Assembly: GCA_951406725.2 (NCBI GenBank)
Contig: OX597817.1
Span: 84,258,001 to 84,322,000 of the forward strand
DNA from: Octopus vulgaris
Taxonomy: Eukaryota
Direction: 5' to 3'
Length of the DNA stretch: 64,000 nucleotides
The notes below the pieces were generated by a model. The model ran no database searches and was not told the DNA's origin. It was given only the letters and a program-made list of their open reading frames with translations. Below, in pieces: positions 13,078 through 27,327 of this stretch; the stretch's first letter is position 1, and the number at the start of each line of letters is the position of its first letter. Both the position numbers and the translations under genes were made by a program.

Positions 13078-13625
13078 TTAAACCTAAAAATAGTTTTAAG
13101 GAGTGTGTAAGGACTAACATGAAGTCACTTGGAATGGATCGAAAGGCCATAGAAGCCCTTGCTTCGGATCGAGCTGGATGACGAACAAAAGTGTGGAGTG
13201 GACTGAAAGCTTTTAAAAAACCCAGGATGACTTGTGCGAATTCAAAATAATTTAAACAAAAATGCTACGATCAAGGAGAAAAATTAACTCCAATAATCTT
13301 TTGTGTACAAAATTTGATAGACCATGCCTTTCTTTTGCTGACCCATGGAAAACGAACCTCCGCTAATTATTCTGCCTCTCAATCTGTCCATACCTGTCAA
13401 TGCCGTGCATGCCATAAGGTCTGCAAATCTAACGGAGACCTCAAAGGACATTTTCAGATCCACAAAGATCAGAACTTAACGGCAGCTCTTGGTGGTTCAA
13501 AGCAGATATGCAATTTATGTGGATGCCTTTTCAAAACATTATCTGGTTTAAAAAAGCTACATCAGACGCCATGATAGATCTTAGGTTAAGTGCAACAGGT
13601 TGTCAAACTCTGTAAGAGGAGTAAT
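13078..13625 (+). mobile_element. RTE-type LINE, 3' fragment with C2H2-like fingers
   Basis: KPKNSFKECVRTNMK..EALASDRAG*R, then CRACHKVCKS..LKGHFQIH and CNLCGCLFKTLSGL. Confidence 0.7.
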
Positions 13626-14100
13626 ATTTTAGAAAGAATTCTTGATATGGTGAACTTTTAGATTGTCTTAAATTAATGATTATTGACTATATAAAAAATT
13701 CTCAAAGAAACAGTATGAGGAAAATCTTTTAGAAGGAAATTTCCGTTACGTGTAAAAGCTTTCAAGGTTTGCGTCTTTTCAAAACACACATGTTACGAGG
13801 TAAAGTGTAGAGAGTAAGTAGATTTTAGTAGTAGTTTAACTATTTCCGTTTTAGTATCGGATTCAGAATTCTTATAAACTATTTTTCTTTCGCCTTTCAT
13901 AGTTGAATTTTTTTTTTCCTTTTACAGTAATTTGACTGCAGCCATACAAGAACATCGCAAAGTATTTGGGCTCGTTTGGCAATATTCTATATACATTTGC
14001 TATATACACATATATATACATGTCTATATACATATATATATATATACACACACACACACATATATATATACATATGTTTATACATATATATATATATATA

Positions 14101-14228
14101 TTTATATATAGAGGGATTATACATACATGCCAGAGGCATTATACATACATGCCAAACGCTAAGAGGGACAATTTGGCATGTATGTATAATGCCTCTGGCA
14201 TGTATGTATAATGCCCTCTATATATAAA
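14101..14228. mobile_element. Fold-back mini-element (MITE-like) with internal 22-bp subrepeats
   Basis: Arms 14101-14156 and 14172-14228 are near-perfect reverse complements. Confidence 0.8.
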
Positions 14229-14345
14229 TTAATATGTTCAATAAGAAATAATTATTTTCGAAATTTTTTCTCTTATGAGGTTTTTACGCTATCTACCTGA
14301 CAATTTCTTGGTAAGTTTTCCTTATTAAATAGTTGTCCTTAATTG

Positions 14346-14389
<44 letters not shown>

Positions 14390-14604
14390 CGGTAAGTGAC
14401 TGAATTCGTATGTTTGCCACTCCGGTTTTGTGTATGTGAGCCGCAAGGGCCTTCGTTTTTGGATTCTCCACTTATAGAAATTGGAAAAACGGTCTTTGAC
14501 TGCCATTTCTAATCCCTTCGGTATGAGGTGAAACAGCCTGCTGTTAACCTTCTTATTTTTTCCTTATATATATATATATATATATATATAGATATATATA
14601 TATA

Positions 14605-14853
14605 TGGGTGTGTGTGATTGTGTATAGAAGAATATATTAATAAAAAGAATTCCAACCTTGTCTGATTTTCACGTTTTATTTACAATCTTATAATGATATA
14701 TTATAAGATAATATATTATAATTGAATAAAATAAAATGAAATAGTAGAATGTTAAATATTCATTCTGATTGAACTAGTACTTTCATGCATTGAATTCTGC
14801 AATCTTCGGGTTCATGTAGTAGTGTTGACAGTCATGCTTCACAATTTTTGACT
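14605..14853 (-). mobile_element. Solo 3' end (pLTR) of the Neptune-type PLE family at 51976-54898
   Basis: Aligns by eye at high identity with 51976-52214. (TA)n on both sides. Confidence 0.9.
14770..14814 (-). ncRNA. Minimal type I hammerhead motif with a U4C core change
   Basis: TGAAC CCGAAGA T TGCA gaattcaa TGCA T GAAA GTAC TA GTTCA. Confidence 0.75.
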
Positions 14854-14924
14854 ATATATATATATATATATATATACATACATACATACATACATACACA
14901 CACAGAGATAGATAAATAGATAGG

Positions 14925-15050
<126 letters not shown>

Positions 15051-17039
15051 TGTATATATAACATGCATACAAATATGCGTACGTTCCTTTCTTTGCAAAG
15101 CAGAAATACAGGAGGAAAATAAATGTTTTCTTGGATAACTAAATGACCTTTGATAAAAGGTCGAGTAACATCATTATTTTGCCTGAAGATTCTTTTATAA
15201 CAATTTATTCATTTATTTCACATTTGTTGTACATGTCTCCGCATTAAAGTGATTGGTGATCTTTTGTTAAATTTAGGTGGATTAATCATGTATGCATTAA
15301 TGTCCTGATGTGTTGATAATGTAACTACATTAATGATGCGATGATAACAAACTAATAAGAAGGAAAGGGCAGTTGTGTTTAAACAACAGCAAGAAAACAA
15401 ACTCTCGTACTTACTAATAGATTGTACAAATACATTTACTGCGCTACCAACCGCAGTAATCCATTAGCTATTAATGTAATAGGATATATAAAATAGCATG
15501 ACTGCATAATACAAATGTAATTTAATAACAAACTTCAAGTTCGAAATTTCATCTAACATATGGAACGAAAATTATATTTTTGGTCACTTAAAATTAATTT
15601 TCCAAGTTTCTTAAATAAACCATTTTGATTTGATTATATCTTAAAGCACTGCTTTCAAAGTTGCATATCTAAAACAATTCCTGGCATATTATATGTACCT
15701 ATGAGTACTTTTATGCGAGCATGTACAATGATGGTACACATTTTTAACGAAAGTAGCTAGGATTGGAACAAGCATAAACTAGTAACCAGATCTTTTAAAC
15801 TACTGATAAATGATGTCCCACCATTTGGAGACACTGTATTTACAATGACTTTATTTAACTTCTTTTTCTTACAGTTGTTAACATTTGTAAACCTCTTATA
15901 TTTCTATGCTCTGAATTGAACGAAAGAGCATCTTTAAAGACCTTTACCACAACGTTGGATTTCAGTGAGTATCATCTCATCCTTTGTTCATATTTTCTGT
16001 TATTTCCAATCAATTCATTACTGAACTAATTGCTATATTCCGTTTTGCATTTTTTTTTCTTTTAAATCGAATTTAATTCCCTCCAATTTTATCTCTCCCT
16101 TTCGGAGTTGGAGTGATTTTGTTACTTTAAAATATTACTGATACATCTGATAATTTTGTTGTATTTTCATGTTCTCAATTAATGTTAATATCGTGTATCT
16201 CCTCTTGAGATTTATTATCCCATTAATCTGGTAAATCTAAGCGAAATTTACGCAGTTAGTTAGTCCCTTGCATAAACACAGCTTGTATAAAAGATACAGA
16301 TCACTCGATAATTGATCAATAAGATTTATTAATCAATGTATCAAATACAGTTCGTTCCATATCAGGATTAGACATAAAATTCCGATAAGATGACAGGTGC
16401 TATACATCTCCATTTCGAATGCAACAAACATTGCTTAACATGCAATAAACAAATCTGTAAATAAAAGAGATAGAAGAGGTAGTCAACTAAACTGCTACAG
16501 CTGTCTCCAAAGCACATCAAGTGTATCTTACGTAACATTATGAATGTCTTGTAACCTTCTGAGGTAATTTTTCATTAGGTGCATACCACTGTTTAATTAA
16601 AAATAGCACGCTGTCACGCAAGATGCAAAAGAAAACCAGACTGGCGTAAATAATTTTAAATGTAAGAGTGGAGATTGGAACTGGTAAAGAACTAATGACA
16701 TGCCCAACCCAACACACCGATCACCTTAACGAGACAGACATGGTGCAGTTTAATTTTCACTATCAGCATATTGTAATTAATATAGTGGCTGCAGCAGATT
16801 ATAATATCATTAAGGTATATGTGGTATCAATAATGGGCAGTCGGTGCGACGAAAACTGGGATGTTTCTGACTTAGGATAGAAAAATAGGAGTAACGAAAG
16901 CTCAAATGGGGAAGAAACAGGCAAGAAGAAATAGGGGGCAAGGTGAAAAAGAAAAAGAAAAAGAGACAAAATACCCAGATGGATACACTATATTATTCCT
17001 ATTTTGTCCCTACTATCTGGGGACGCTAACGGTATACAG

Positions 17040-17885
17040 GAGGGAAAAGTTGAAAATAAATTTGTCGCTAAATGATGTCCCATTGCCGGGAAAAAGAGAG
17101 TGCATGAATCCAACCATTCACAGCACAAATGAACTCATACAAAACATGAGATGGAGGGTTTACTTCTTCGATCAGGAACTGACTACCAAAACTAAAGATA
17201 ACAGCCTTGCTAAATTTTCACAAGTTTAGGTCCCGGGCAAATCTACTGCAGACTACTACACTCAATGCGCTTAAAAGGGCTGAGTACACTGATAAAATCA
17301 AATATATGCCCATTTGAAATAACCCTGGCTTTTCAGCACGGAATACCAATTACTGGCCCCCGAAGACTGGTCTCCTGGTCACGGGACCCGGCCTCCACAG
17401 TCTTTAACTAAGCAAATTCAAGTACTTCTTCCTCAGTTGTACTCGGCCGAAATACCACTTATACCTATTCCAATCTTCATAAACCCTCCCGGTATACGCC
17501 TAATTTTAGGAACCTATGAAAAGCCCCCACCCCACCCCGCAACTTTCATATACCTACTAATAAGTGCAATACTGAATTGGCTAATAAGGACACACCCGGT
17601 TTACTTATTCACTTGGGACGTATTCAGGCCCACCACCCAAAACCCTAAATCCAAGACATCTCCTAGGGCAAGCAAGAATGCTAGACAAAGGAAGGTAATC
17701 TGATTCCGTATATCTTTCGCCCTCAATATATAGAATAGACTACTAAAGTTTTCTGCAGCTTTAATGAAGCACTTTCTCACATCTAGCAAGTATACGAAGA
17801 CTTTTAACTCACACTCCGTTAAGTTGTCATTATTCCACTACCTCTGTTGTAGCTGATATTATACGTAGCATAAATAACAAACAAT
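17040..17885 (+). mobile_element. Internally deleted Naiad-type PLE remnant
   Basis: N-terminal LSLNDVPLPGKRE..NELIQNMRWRVYFF, then RQRKVI*F..KHF..KTFNSHSVKLS..DIIRSINNK, homologous to 1900-2100 (minus strand). Confidence 0.65.
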
Positions 17886-18180
17886 TTATCATTTACTATA
17901 ATTATTCATTCAAAGTAAACCTCAGTTAGATTTACTAGATTTGCGGAATATTTCAGGAGGAGATACACGATATTAACATTAATTGAGAACTTGAAAATAC
18001 ATCAAAAATACAGTATGTATCTATAATATTTTAAGGCAAAAAAATCACTTTATCTCTGAAAAAAGATAAGATAAAATTGGAGGGAATTAAATCTGTCTTA
18101 AAAGATAGCAAAATGCAATACGGAATGTGTGTGTGCGCGTGTATGAGAGAGAGGGGGAGAGAGAGAGAGAAAGAGAGAGA

Positions 18181-18225
<45 letters not shown>

Positions 18226-18399
18226 GTGTGTGTGTGTATTAACCAGCTAGTAATCTATCAACAATATTAGTTAATTATGTTCGAAATTTCACAAGAACAA
18301 ACTATCGATCGATCCCTCCAAGAAACCATGTGTGTAACGGTCGTATATGTTAAGTTTCTAATGTATTTGTATTTTCTGTGTTTCACATAGAAAAGACTG

Positions 18400-19560
18400 C
18401 TTCGATATACTCTACAGCATGCCATCCTAGAAGATAATACCTGTTTTTGCATTGATGTTGTTCTTTTTCAGGATCGTTCTGCATCTCATTAGTGGTTCAG
18501 GTTCATTTTTAAAAGATTCTATTTAGTCAATAATTTATTCAACACAGCCGATTAACATTTGTCCAGTGGGCTCCATATATATTCAATTAGGACTTCAACA
18601 TTAGTAATAACCTATTAAATTGCCAAATTTTAAAAATCTTTCTTAATCCACTGTATCTATTATTTTTACTCTTCTAATTAAAACTTCCGATCCAAACATT
18701 TTTTTTAGCAACTATTACTTTTAATAGTTATATTTCGTAATTAATCATTCACTTTTTCGTCAACACAATTTTTACTGAACTGTGCAGTATTCTCAAAATA
18801 TTTATGTAATCTCTCTATGTCCATATTTTCATTTGATGTCTGGGACTTTTTCCTCTTTTTTTTTTGTTTTGTTTGATTTTCGTTAATTAAATTTCATTGA
18901 AGCTATGATAAGACCGTTTCATGAAAGTTCCTGCATTTTGCCTCATGGCATTCTTTTATACCAGATTACGTAGCTTTCATCTTTATTGAACAATGTATTT
19001 CTATTCACCTATTTATATGTTTATATTTACTGATCTAACTACCCATATCTACAAACATTCTTAATATTTCTCAAAGTTTGATTCATACGGCTTTAGTTAA
19101 TACTTAGAATATTCTGTCACAATATAAATATTTCATTTCCAACAACTTCATCAAACGCTTTTAATACTTTATAATTCTTATCAATGTTTCTTCTTGACAT
19201 TTCTTTTTTAATATTCATGAAGACAAATTTAATTTCCATCAAGATATTACTTCTTTTGTTATTCCCACAGTTATATATAGTTTCTTCAAAATTATAGAGC
19301 ATTAATATCGTTTCTCTTTTCTTCTTAGAGCCAGACATTGTTGTCTTCTTTGCAGTTTCTCTTTCGTTTGCAATCAGCAAAACTTTCTGAACAATTTCTA
19401 GTTAAATATATGTTAAATAAATGTTGTGTTCTTACATCTATATTCTCCTATTTGTCCGTGATAGTTCTTGAGATTACTCCAGACAATGTAGATGATGACA
19501 ACAGATATCGTTTTGTCTGTGGGTTATTGAACATAACCACATGTCTATCTCACAAAGAAC
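18400..19560 (-). mobile_element. Decayed CR1/L2-like LINE RT region
   Basis: Minus strand shows KAFDEV, LSGVISRTI (SGVPQG-like) and FAD motifs in RT order. Confidence 0.5.
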
Positions 19561-19569
19561 TTTAATGCG

Positions 19570-20345
19570 CAGATGAAAAAGCTATGTTCTGTCGCACTCA
19601 TCTAGAACTCCAGATATCAGTCAACAACATCATAGAACATATGATCACTTGGGCCTTACAGGGAAAAACGAGAAGACCAAAGACTTCGTCCAACTACTCC
19701 GAAGTGAAACCTTCCTGATTTCAACATTATCTCCGATACAACTCTCTGAGAAGTAGACCAATTTTTCAGTCTTGGAAATCTTTCTAACAAATGTATGTCT
19801 GAAAAGGACGAGGAATAAAGAATTGGATCAGCCCATTTAATATTTGAAAAACTGTCAAAATAGACCTTTAAGACTAAACCCCAAACAAATCATTATCTGA
19901 AAATTATACCGTTGTGAAACATAGACTCATTTATCGTCGGAACATAGAAAACATAAAATATGTCCATCATCAAAATATGTTAAAGATCCTTAAACATCAA
20001 AAAGGCGAGCTATGTTACCAGCAAAGCACTCCTAGATAAACGCCCAAAGTGGAAATCTTGACTCAACCATGACGAACGCCAGCTACGATGGGTAGGACAT
20101 GTGGTTGAAATTAAAAACGGAATCTTTCTTCGTGGAACTAAGCACCAAGAAAAGAGCACGAGAATGTCCCTTTCACACATGTCAACTTTCTAAAATGCCC
20201 AGAATTATGGCACAAATGTGTGAAACGGAAGAGCAGAGCCTTACCAACTAGCGTTACTATCATCGTCGGAGCTAACCTTTTTGGAGTGAAAAGAAAAGCT
20301 GAAAAAAAAAGCTTAACGAATGCAAGATACAACAACAACAATAGC
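19570..20345 (+). mobile_element. Decayed RTE-type LINE, 3' fragment
   Basis: RQLRWVGHVVEI motif at about 20077-20112 with RTE-like flanks. Confidence 0.6.
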
Positions 20346-20457
20346 CACTACATCTGCTAACACCTTCTCATTTTCCTTTTGACTTGTTTTACGAAGGAAC
20401 AAATATCCATCCATCCATCCATCCATCCATCCATCCATCCATACATACATACATACA

Positions 20458-20489
<32 letters not shown>

Positions 20490-20581
20490 GATGTATATAT
20501 ATATGTGTGTGTGTGTGTGTCTATGCATAGATACATGCACACATGGTGGTGAGCGTGCTAACAATTCTGCCAGCTCTCCTG

Positions 20582-20603
20582 AATAATAATAATAATAATA
20601 ATA

Positions 20604-20666
<63 letters not shown>

Positions 20667-21258
20667 GTAATAATAATAATAATAGTAATAATAATAATAA
20701 TAATAATAGTAATAATAATAATAGTAATAATAATAGTAATAATAATAATAGTAATAATAATAATAATAATAGTAATAGTAATAATAATAATAGTAATAAT
20801 AAGAGTAATAATAATAATAGTAATAGTAATAATAATAGTAATAATAATAATAATAATAATAGTAATAATAATAATAATAGTAATAATAATAGTAATAGTA
20901 ATAATAATAATAGTAATAATAATAATAGTAATAATAATAATAATAGTAGTAATAATAATAATAATAGTAATAATAGTAGTAATAATAGTAGTAATAATAG
21001 TAGTAATAATAATAGTAATAATAATAGTAATAGTAATAATAATAATAGTAATAATAATAATAATATAAAACATTCCACGAATAAATAGCAGATAGTGCTA
21101 CAGTTCCAGACAAAACAGGGTCGCATAAAAACCAGAGCCTTCCCCAATAATAATAATAGTAATAATAATAATAATAATAGTAATAATAGTAGTAATAATA
21201 GTAGTAATAATAGTAGTAATAATAATAATAATAATAATAGTAATAATAATAATAATAT
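20582..21258. repeat. Long (AAT)n/(AGT) mosaic microsatellite
   Basis: Direct reading. It is the source of the poly-N/I/Y/L ORFs. Confidence 0.95.
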
Positions 21259-22540
21259 AAAACATTCCACGAATAAATAGCAGATAGTGCTACAGTTCCA
21301 GACAAAACAGGGTCGCATAAAAACCAGAGCCTTCCCCATTACAACAGGAATGTTCCAATGAGACACGCTCTCTGTACTCCTTTTCTACTTGGCACTGACA
21401 TTTTTATCTGATACGCTAAACAGAACTGGATGTGGATATAACTGTTACGGCAAAAAAAAAATCAGCCATCTCTTGTATGTGGATGACATAAAACTGTACG
21501 CTACAAATGATAAACAGCTGGAAACATTACTACAGACAGTACATGGATTCACCAAAGAAAGAAATATGAAATTTGGCTTAGAAAAATGTGCCAAAGCAGC
21601 CCTGAAAAGAGGAAAACTAGTTAATAATAGCAATATCATAGAAAAAGCAAATGAAATATGAGAATTATACCAAAACCAGACATACAGTCTTAGGAATGAA
21701 TGAACTAGATACGATGCAACACACAAAAATGAAAGAGAAAATAAAAAAGGAATACTATAGACGAGTCAGGTTAATAATACTGAAAACAGAGCTCAATGCG
21801 AAAAACAAGATATGAATCAACACTCTAGCCGTCTCAGTTATAAGTTACAGCTACAATATTCTTAACTGGACACTAAATGAACTAATCAAAATAGACAAGA
21901 AAGCAAGAAAAATAATGATACGATTTGGGACGCACCACCCAAAATATGTCATAAAATGGCTATATATACAACGTATAGGTGATAGAGGCCTTATACAGCT
22001 AGAAAAATATTACAAAATAACTACCATAGGACTACAGAAATACCTACTTCAGAAGCAAGGAAAACTAATAAAAATAGCCACAAAACACAAACAAAACAAA
22101 AAACTTTAAGGAAGCTGACAAATACAAAAAAGAAGTCATAGTATCTAACAACTATGAAGAAAAAGAAGCAACAAAAGCTGTAAAACAAATGAAATCCAAA
22201 CTAAAACTGGAACAACGGATCCTGATAAAACGATGGCAACGAAAGCCCCTTCATGGCAAATATTGGGTTAAGCTAAACAGAAAAGAAATAGACAAAGCAA
22301 AATCCCAGCAATAGCTGAGAAGCTGACTAAAAGCAGAAATTGAAGGATTTTTAATTGCAGTCCAAGATCAAAGACTTCCCACCAAAATCATGTAATGAAA
22401 AGAATTCCAAGTAACTGCAGAAAGTGTGGTATTGTCTCTGGCTGCCCAGTCTTGGCTATGAAGGAATATATTCACAGACACGAGAGAGTTGGGACCTGTG
22501 TGCACTGGAAGCTATGCCAACACTATGGAATAACAGCACA
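21066..22540 (+). mobile_element. Dong/R4-type LINE fragment (RT to Zn knuckle) adjoining (AAT)n
   Basis: GMFQ*DTLS, ISHLLYVDDIKLYA, MKFGLEKCA, RGLIQLE, KPLHGKY, EIEGFLIAVQDQ, CRKC..VSGCPVLA..YIHRH. Confidence 0.85.
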
Positions 22541-23392
22541 TAACACCTGTATGCATACATACATTCATACGTACATTTATTTCAGAATAATGTTATTATG
22601 TATTTCAGAGTAATGTCATTACCACAAGATGGGACAATACCCATTGTTCTAAGAAATGACCCACTATTATAGTAATACTATATACCCAATTCAAATGCTT
22701 GGGTTAGTTCGCAGAATTAGAATATAAACTACACAGCAGTAGAACAACTATCCTGGAAACACTAAACTATGATAATCATCGAGAAGAGACTGGGAATAAA
22801 TAAAGATAACTAATTGCAGGAGGAGACAGTGACTGAAGCCGTGGTTAGGAGTTGAAGGATGTCAGTGACATACAGGAAAACTAGAGACGAGAAATACATT
22901 AAGGATTTCAACTGACCTCAACTGAGTTCAGTTAAGTGGTTTGTATTAAAGTTGAAGGGACTTTTGAGTCACCTTGCATTACATCACCACCTACCAAGGA
23001 ACCCCCGATTTAATTACGTATCTTTTACTTGCCAGTCATTTTACTTTTATCTCCTGCCAAGCCCTTCACCATCAAAAACACAAACGCTCTGACCCAGAAT
23101 ATTATCAATTCCCTGCTTGCCCGCGCTTTTCTTGCACTCATCGCCTCGTTGCACAAGAACATTAACCATATGAAACTTCTTCCAAGCTATCCAAAATATT
23201 TTATTATCCTATTGTTATATATTAATTTTATTTTCATGTTATTTTATAAATATATGTATATGTGTATGTATTTTAATATATATATATATATATATATTAA
23301 TATATATGTGTGTATGTATGTATGCATGTATGTATGCATGTATATATATATGCATGTATGTATGTATATGTATATACATTATATACATCATG

Positions 23393-23423
<31 letters not shown>

Positions 23424-23491
23424 TATATGTATGTATGCATGAATATATATGCATGTATGTATGTATATGTATATACATTATATACATCATG

Positions 23492-23527
<36 letters not shown>

Positions 23528-23751
23528 CATGTATGTATGCATGTATATATATGCATGTATGTATGCATATGTATATACATTATATACATCATGTATATAC
23601 ATATATATTTATATACATATGTATGTATGTATGTATGTAGGTAGGTAGGTAGGTAGGTAGGTTAAACCAATTTAAAGAAAATATTAAGAAAGTCGCATAG
23701 CGATCTTGTAAATGTGCTTCAACAGTTTCTTCACTACAAAAAAACTACTAA

Positions 23752-23801
<50 letters not shown>

Positions 23802-24121
23802 ATCACACACGCATACACACGCGCAAACACGTATACACACTCCCACACGCATATAATGGTAGAGAGTGAAAGTGGGGAGGAGGAACGTTGTATCTAGGTA
23901 CTAAATCAGCTCATTTCTCGACTCTATCACCGCAAGATCCCATAGTGTTCTATATTTTAAAGAACAAAGCATTAACCTGAAGTGTTGTGAAGACATCTTC
24001 ATTTACTATTTTTGACTACATTTCCGACCGGTTCTCTTTGAATACGAATTCGATTAAAGTGCCTATAGTCTCACTATTGCATGTATGTATATAAATATGT
24101 ACATATATGTGTACGTGTATA

Positions 24122-24192
<71 letters not shown>

Positions 24193-24309
24193 ATATATGT
24201 ATGTATATATAATATATATAATATTTAGAAAGATAGTTAGATAGATAGATAGGTATACATTAATACAGACATGCATATATATATATATATGTATATATAT
24301 ATGTATATA

Positions 24310-24373
<64 letters not shown>

Positions 24374-24949
24374 TGTGTGTGTATATATGTACATATAAAT
24401 ATGTATGTATGCATGCATGCGTATCTAAGTATGTACATAATTGAACTGGAAAAAGGATCTGCACGCTTCCTTTCTGGTAGTAATATCGTACGATGGAATG
24501 TTCGATTTTCTGTCAAATTATCAAGAACGTACGTATTTGTTTCGTCTAATATCCATACCGGTTGTGTACTGTAGTAGTATCAACAAATCACTTTGGATCC
24601 GTAATTATACATCGTGGAAAAGTTCAAGGAAACACATAGGGGAATAAATATGTATTTAAGCTTGCTAAAAGGAAAATACAAAGAGCTCTTGTATAAAGTT
24701 CTTTTATATAAAATATGGTGTTCAGGTTTTTTTGCTACACAGTTGTGTGATTTCATAAAGGTCAGAAGTATATTACTGTATAATAAAGAAAACAAGAAAA
24801 AGAAATTTGACCGGATACAACTTGAGAAAGATTCAGGTTACTTGTAACCTAAGAGAAGGTAGCAGAAATTGAATAATATTCATGCGTATATGCTTATATA
24901 TGTAATTACTTATATACATATATACATGCATGAATGTGTATATATATGA

Positions 24950-25285
24950 AATAATTGAGATTCAGTTGAATCAGGTACTTAAGTTGAGGCTCCAAGCCAG
25001 TCTGGTATTATCCGCACAGCTCGAAGTAAGGTGAATAAAATCAAAATAAACAGCAGGATATCAAGAAGTGATGCAGTACGACAGTTTCAAGCGGCCCCAT
25101 TTAATTGAATTATGCAATCATTACATCAATTTAAATGCACAGCTATCATCAGCTGCACAAATAAATAAAAAATTTTATTATTTGGACACATTAATATAAT
25201 TTTTCTCAAATACTTTAACAGAGCAAGAAGATAGAAGAAATCCATGTTGTCGCTATTGTAGCTAAAAATAGTTTATTTGTATACA
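24950..25285 (-). mobile_element. Hammerhead-bearing pLTR-like module (same family as 40642-40860)
   Basis: Shared aatcaaaataa..caggatatca..gtgatgcagtacga..ggacacattaatataatttttctcaaata. Confidence 0.75.
25072..25157 (-). ncRNA. Type I hammerhead motif with long stem II, intact core
   Basis: TGCAG CTGATGA T AGC..(atttaaattga/tcaattaaat)..GCT T GAAA CTGTCG TA CTGCA. Confidence 0.8.
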
Positions 25286-25828
25286 TATATCCGGTTCCTT
25301 TCAAATGGGATTTGACTTTTGCTTTGGTTTCGATGTTATAGTCATATACCCACGATTGGTTACTTGTTATGCCTATTTGCAAAACGTTTTCGTCTTCCTC
25401 GGCACAGTCAAGGAGATCTTACGCAGCTGAAACCCGATCTTCTTATTGATACGACCACACTCTACACCCTTTACTGCCAGGCACTGCTATAAACATTGGA
25501 AGTAAGCGAGAACGTTTTAGCGTACTGTGCCTGCGTTCAGAGTTCAAGGAGTAGAAGGGAGGAGCAGAAGATGATAGAAAGAGAGAAATGAGTGGTAATG
25601 ATAAAGGACAGAGGGGCGTGTGTAGTGATATCAGACGTCTATGTACAATGAAAATTTCAATATTATAACTAAAGAAAATGTTATCTTTGTCTCTCTCTGT
25701 ATATATTTATATATTTTTTCTTGTACTACTACATAAAGTAACATGTGACTCAAAAGTCTGAAGTCATTCTAACAGAAATTCTTCACTTATACATTTGTTA
25801 TCTATAAATTCCATCCATGGATTAATAT

Positions 25829-25873
<45 letters not shown>

Positions 25874-25964
25874 TAATCCAAACGGGAAAACAGAAAAAAC
25901 AACAAAACGTGGAACAATTACAGTATTATTATTATTAGGCGTTCAGGAAAATGGAAGAAGGAGG

Positions 25965-25999
25965 GTATGACGTTTCGAGCGGAGCTCTTCGTCGGAAAC
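25965..25999 (-). ncRNA. Ultra-minimal hammerhead motif (U4C)
   Basis: GTTT CCGACGA A GAGC tcc GCTC GAAA CG TC ATAC. Confidence 0.6.
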
Positions 26000-27327
26000 A
26001 TAGGAGAAAGAAAGATCCCGAGACGGGAGGACAGAGGAAAAAAAATTGCAGGTAGTCTTCACGAGGTCACATACTGAAAAGACGGAAGTGGTAAAAAAGG
26101 AAGGAAAATGTTTTTTAAAAACAGGAGAGCTGAATCAAAGAGGGAATGGTAAAAAAGGTGTGCGAGAAAACGAGGGTGTGTGTGTGAGTGTGTGCGTGTG
26201 TGTGTATGTGTGTGTATGGTGGACAGTGGCTAGTAGCAGGCAGTAGTAGAATTAAAGGAGTGTGTGGGGGTACCCTAGCAAGTCAGAAAGGCAGATCAGA
26301 AACAGGGAGGTATGTGTGTGTGCGTGTGTATGTATGTGTGAGTGTGTGCGTGTGCGTGTGTGTATGTGTGTGTGAGGCGAGATAAAAAAACAAAAAATAT
26401 GTATATGTTAGTGCGTGCAGGGCGAACGTATGACATAGCAAGTCTCCAGTGAGTGGTCAGTGGTAAAAAATGGGAGGAAGGAGGGAAGAAGGGAAGGAGG
26501 GAAAGGGTGGGGGCGTATGTAACGTGCCAGTGTGTGTGTAGAGTGGTAGTGTGTCCAGTGTGCGTAGTTGTGTGTATGGCAAGTAAATTTGAAGTGTGTG
26601 TAAGTGTAATGTATATATATATGCAAATGTGTGTGTGTGTGAGTGGGTGTGTGTATGTGTGTGCGTGTGTGTACAAAGAGAGGGGGGTTAAGGAAAAAAA
26701 ACTGCAGCGGAGGGGCGGGGGAGGGGAAGATGGAAGAGTGGTCCCGCGGCGACAGGCGTGGGAGAACCCAAAGACACGCGCCGGCCCCAGATACGTACAG
26801 GAGATCTAGTCGGTCAACCACGAGCGTGGTGCATGCATGCGTGTATGCGTGCGCGAACGTGCACAAGCGTGTATGTGCGCGCGCCTGCGAGTGTGTGTGT
26901 ATGTATGTGTGTGGATGTGTGAGTGTGTCTGTGTGTAAGTCTGGGTGTCAGTGTGTCCGATGAATGTATGTAAGTATGTGTGTGTATATGTGTGTATATA
27001 GATGTATGTCCGTGTGTGTGTGTGTGTATGTGTATGAGTGTGTATGTATGTACGTGTGTGTGTGTGGAAGTGTGTGTAGGTGCATGTGTGTGCGCGTACA
27101 TGCAGGTGTGTGAGTGAGTGTGTGTGTGTGTATGTATGTGTGAGTGTGTATGTCTGTGTGTGTAGGATGCATGTATGTGTATGTGTATGTATGTGTGTGT
27201 GTGTGTATGTATGTGTACGTGCATGTGTGTGCATATATATATATATATATATTCAAAATGTGACCACGTGTGTACTGTTGGCGATTTCTTTCTTCCGTCT
27301 TCCCTTCTTTGGATCTTTCCTTTTCCT

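Noticed and set aside
13314-13574. C2H2-like ORF as a host zinc-finger gene
   Set aside because: It is contiguous with an RTE C-terminal remnant and disrupted, so it is treated as part of the LINE.
14389-14565. Unique island between (TA)n tracts, searched for a hammerhead
   Set aside because: No core with supporting stems on either strand. It may be a terminal fragment of some element.
17698-17706. In-frame TGA in the Naiad remnant as possible selenocysteine
   Set aside because: It falls at a conserved Trp position (IWF) in a heavily decayed copy, so a TGG-to-TGA mutation is simpler.
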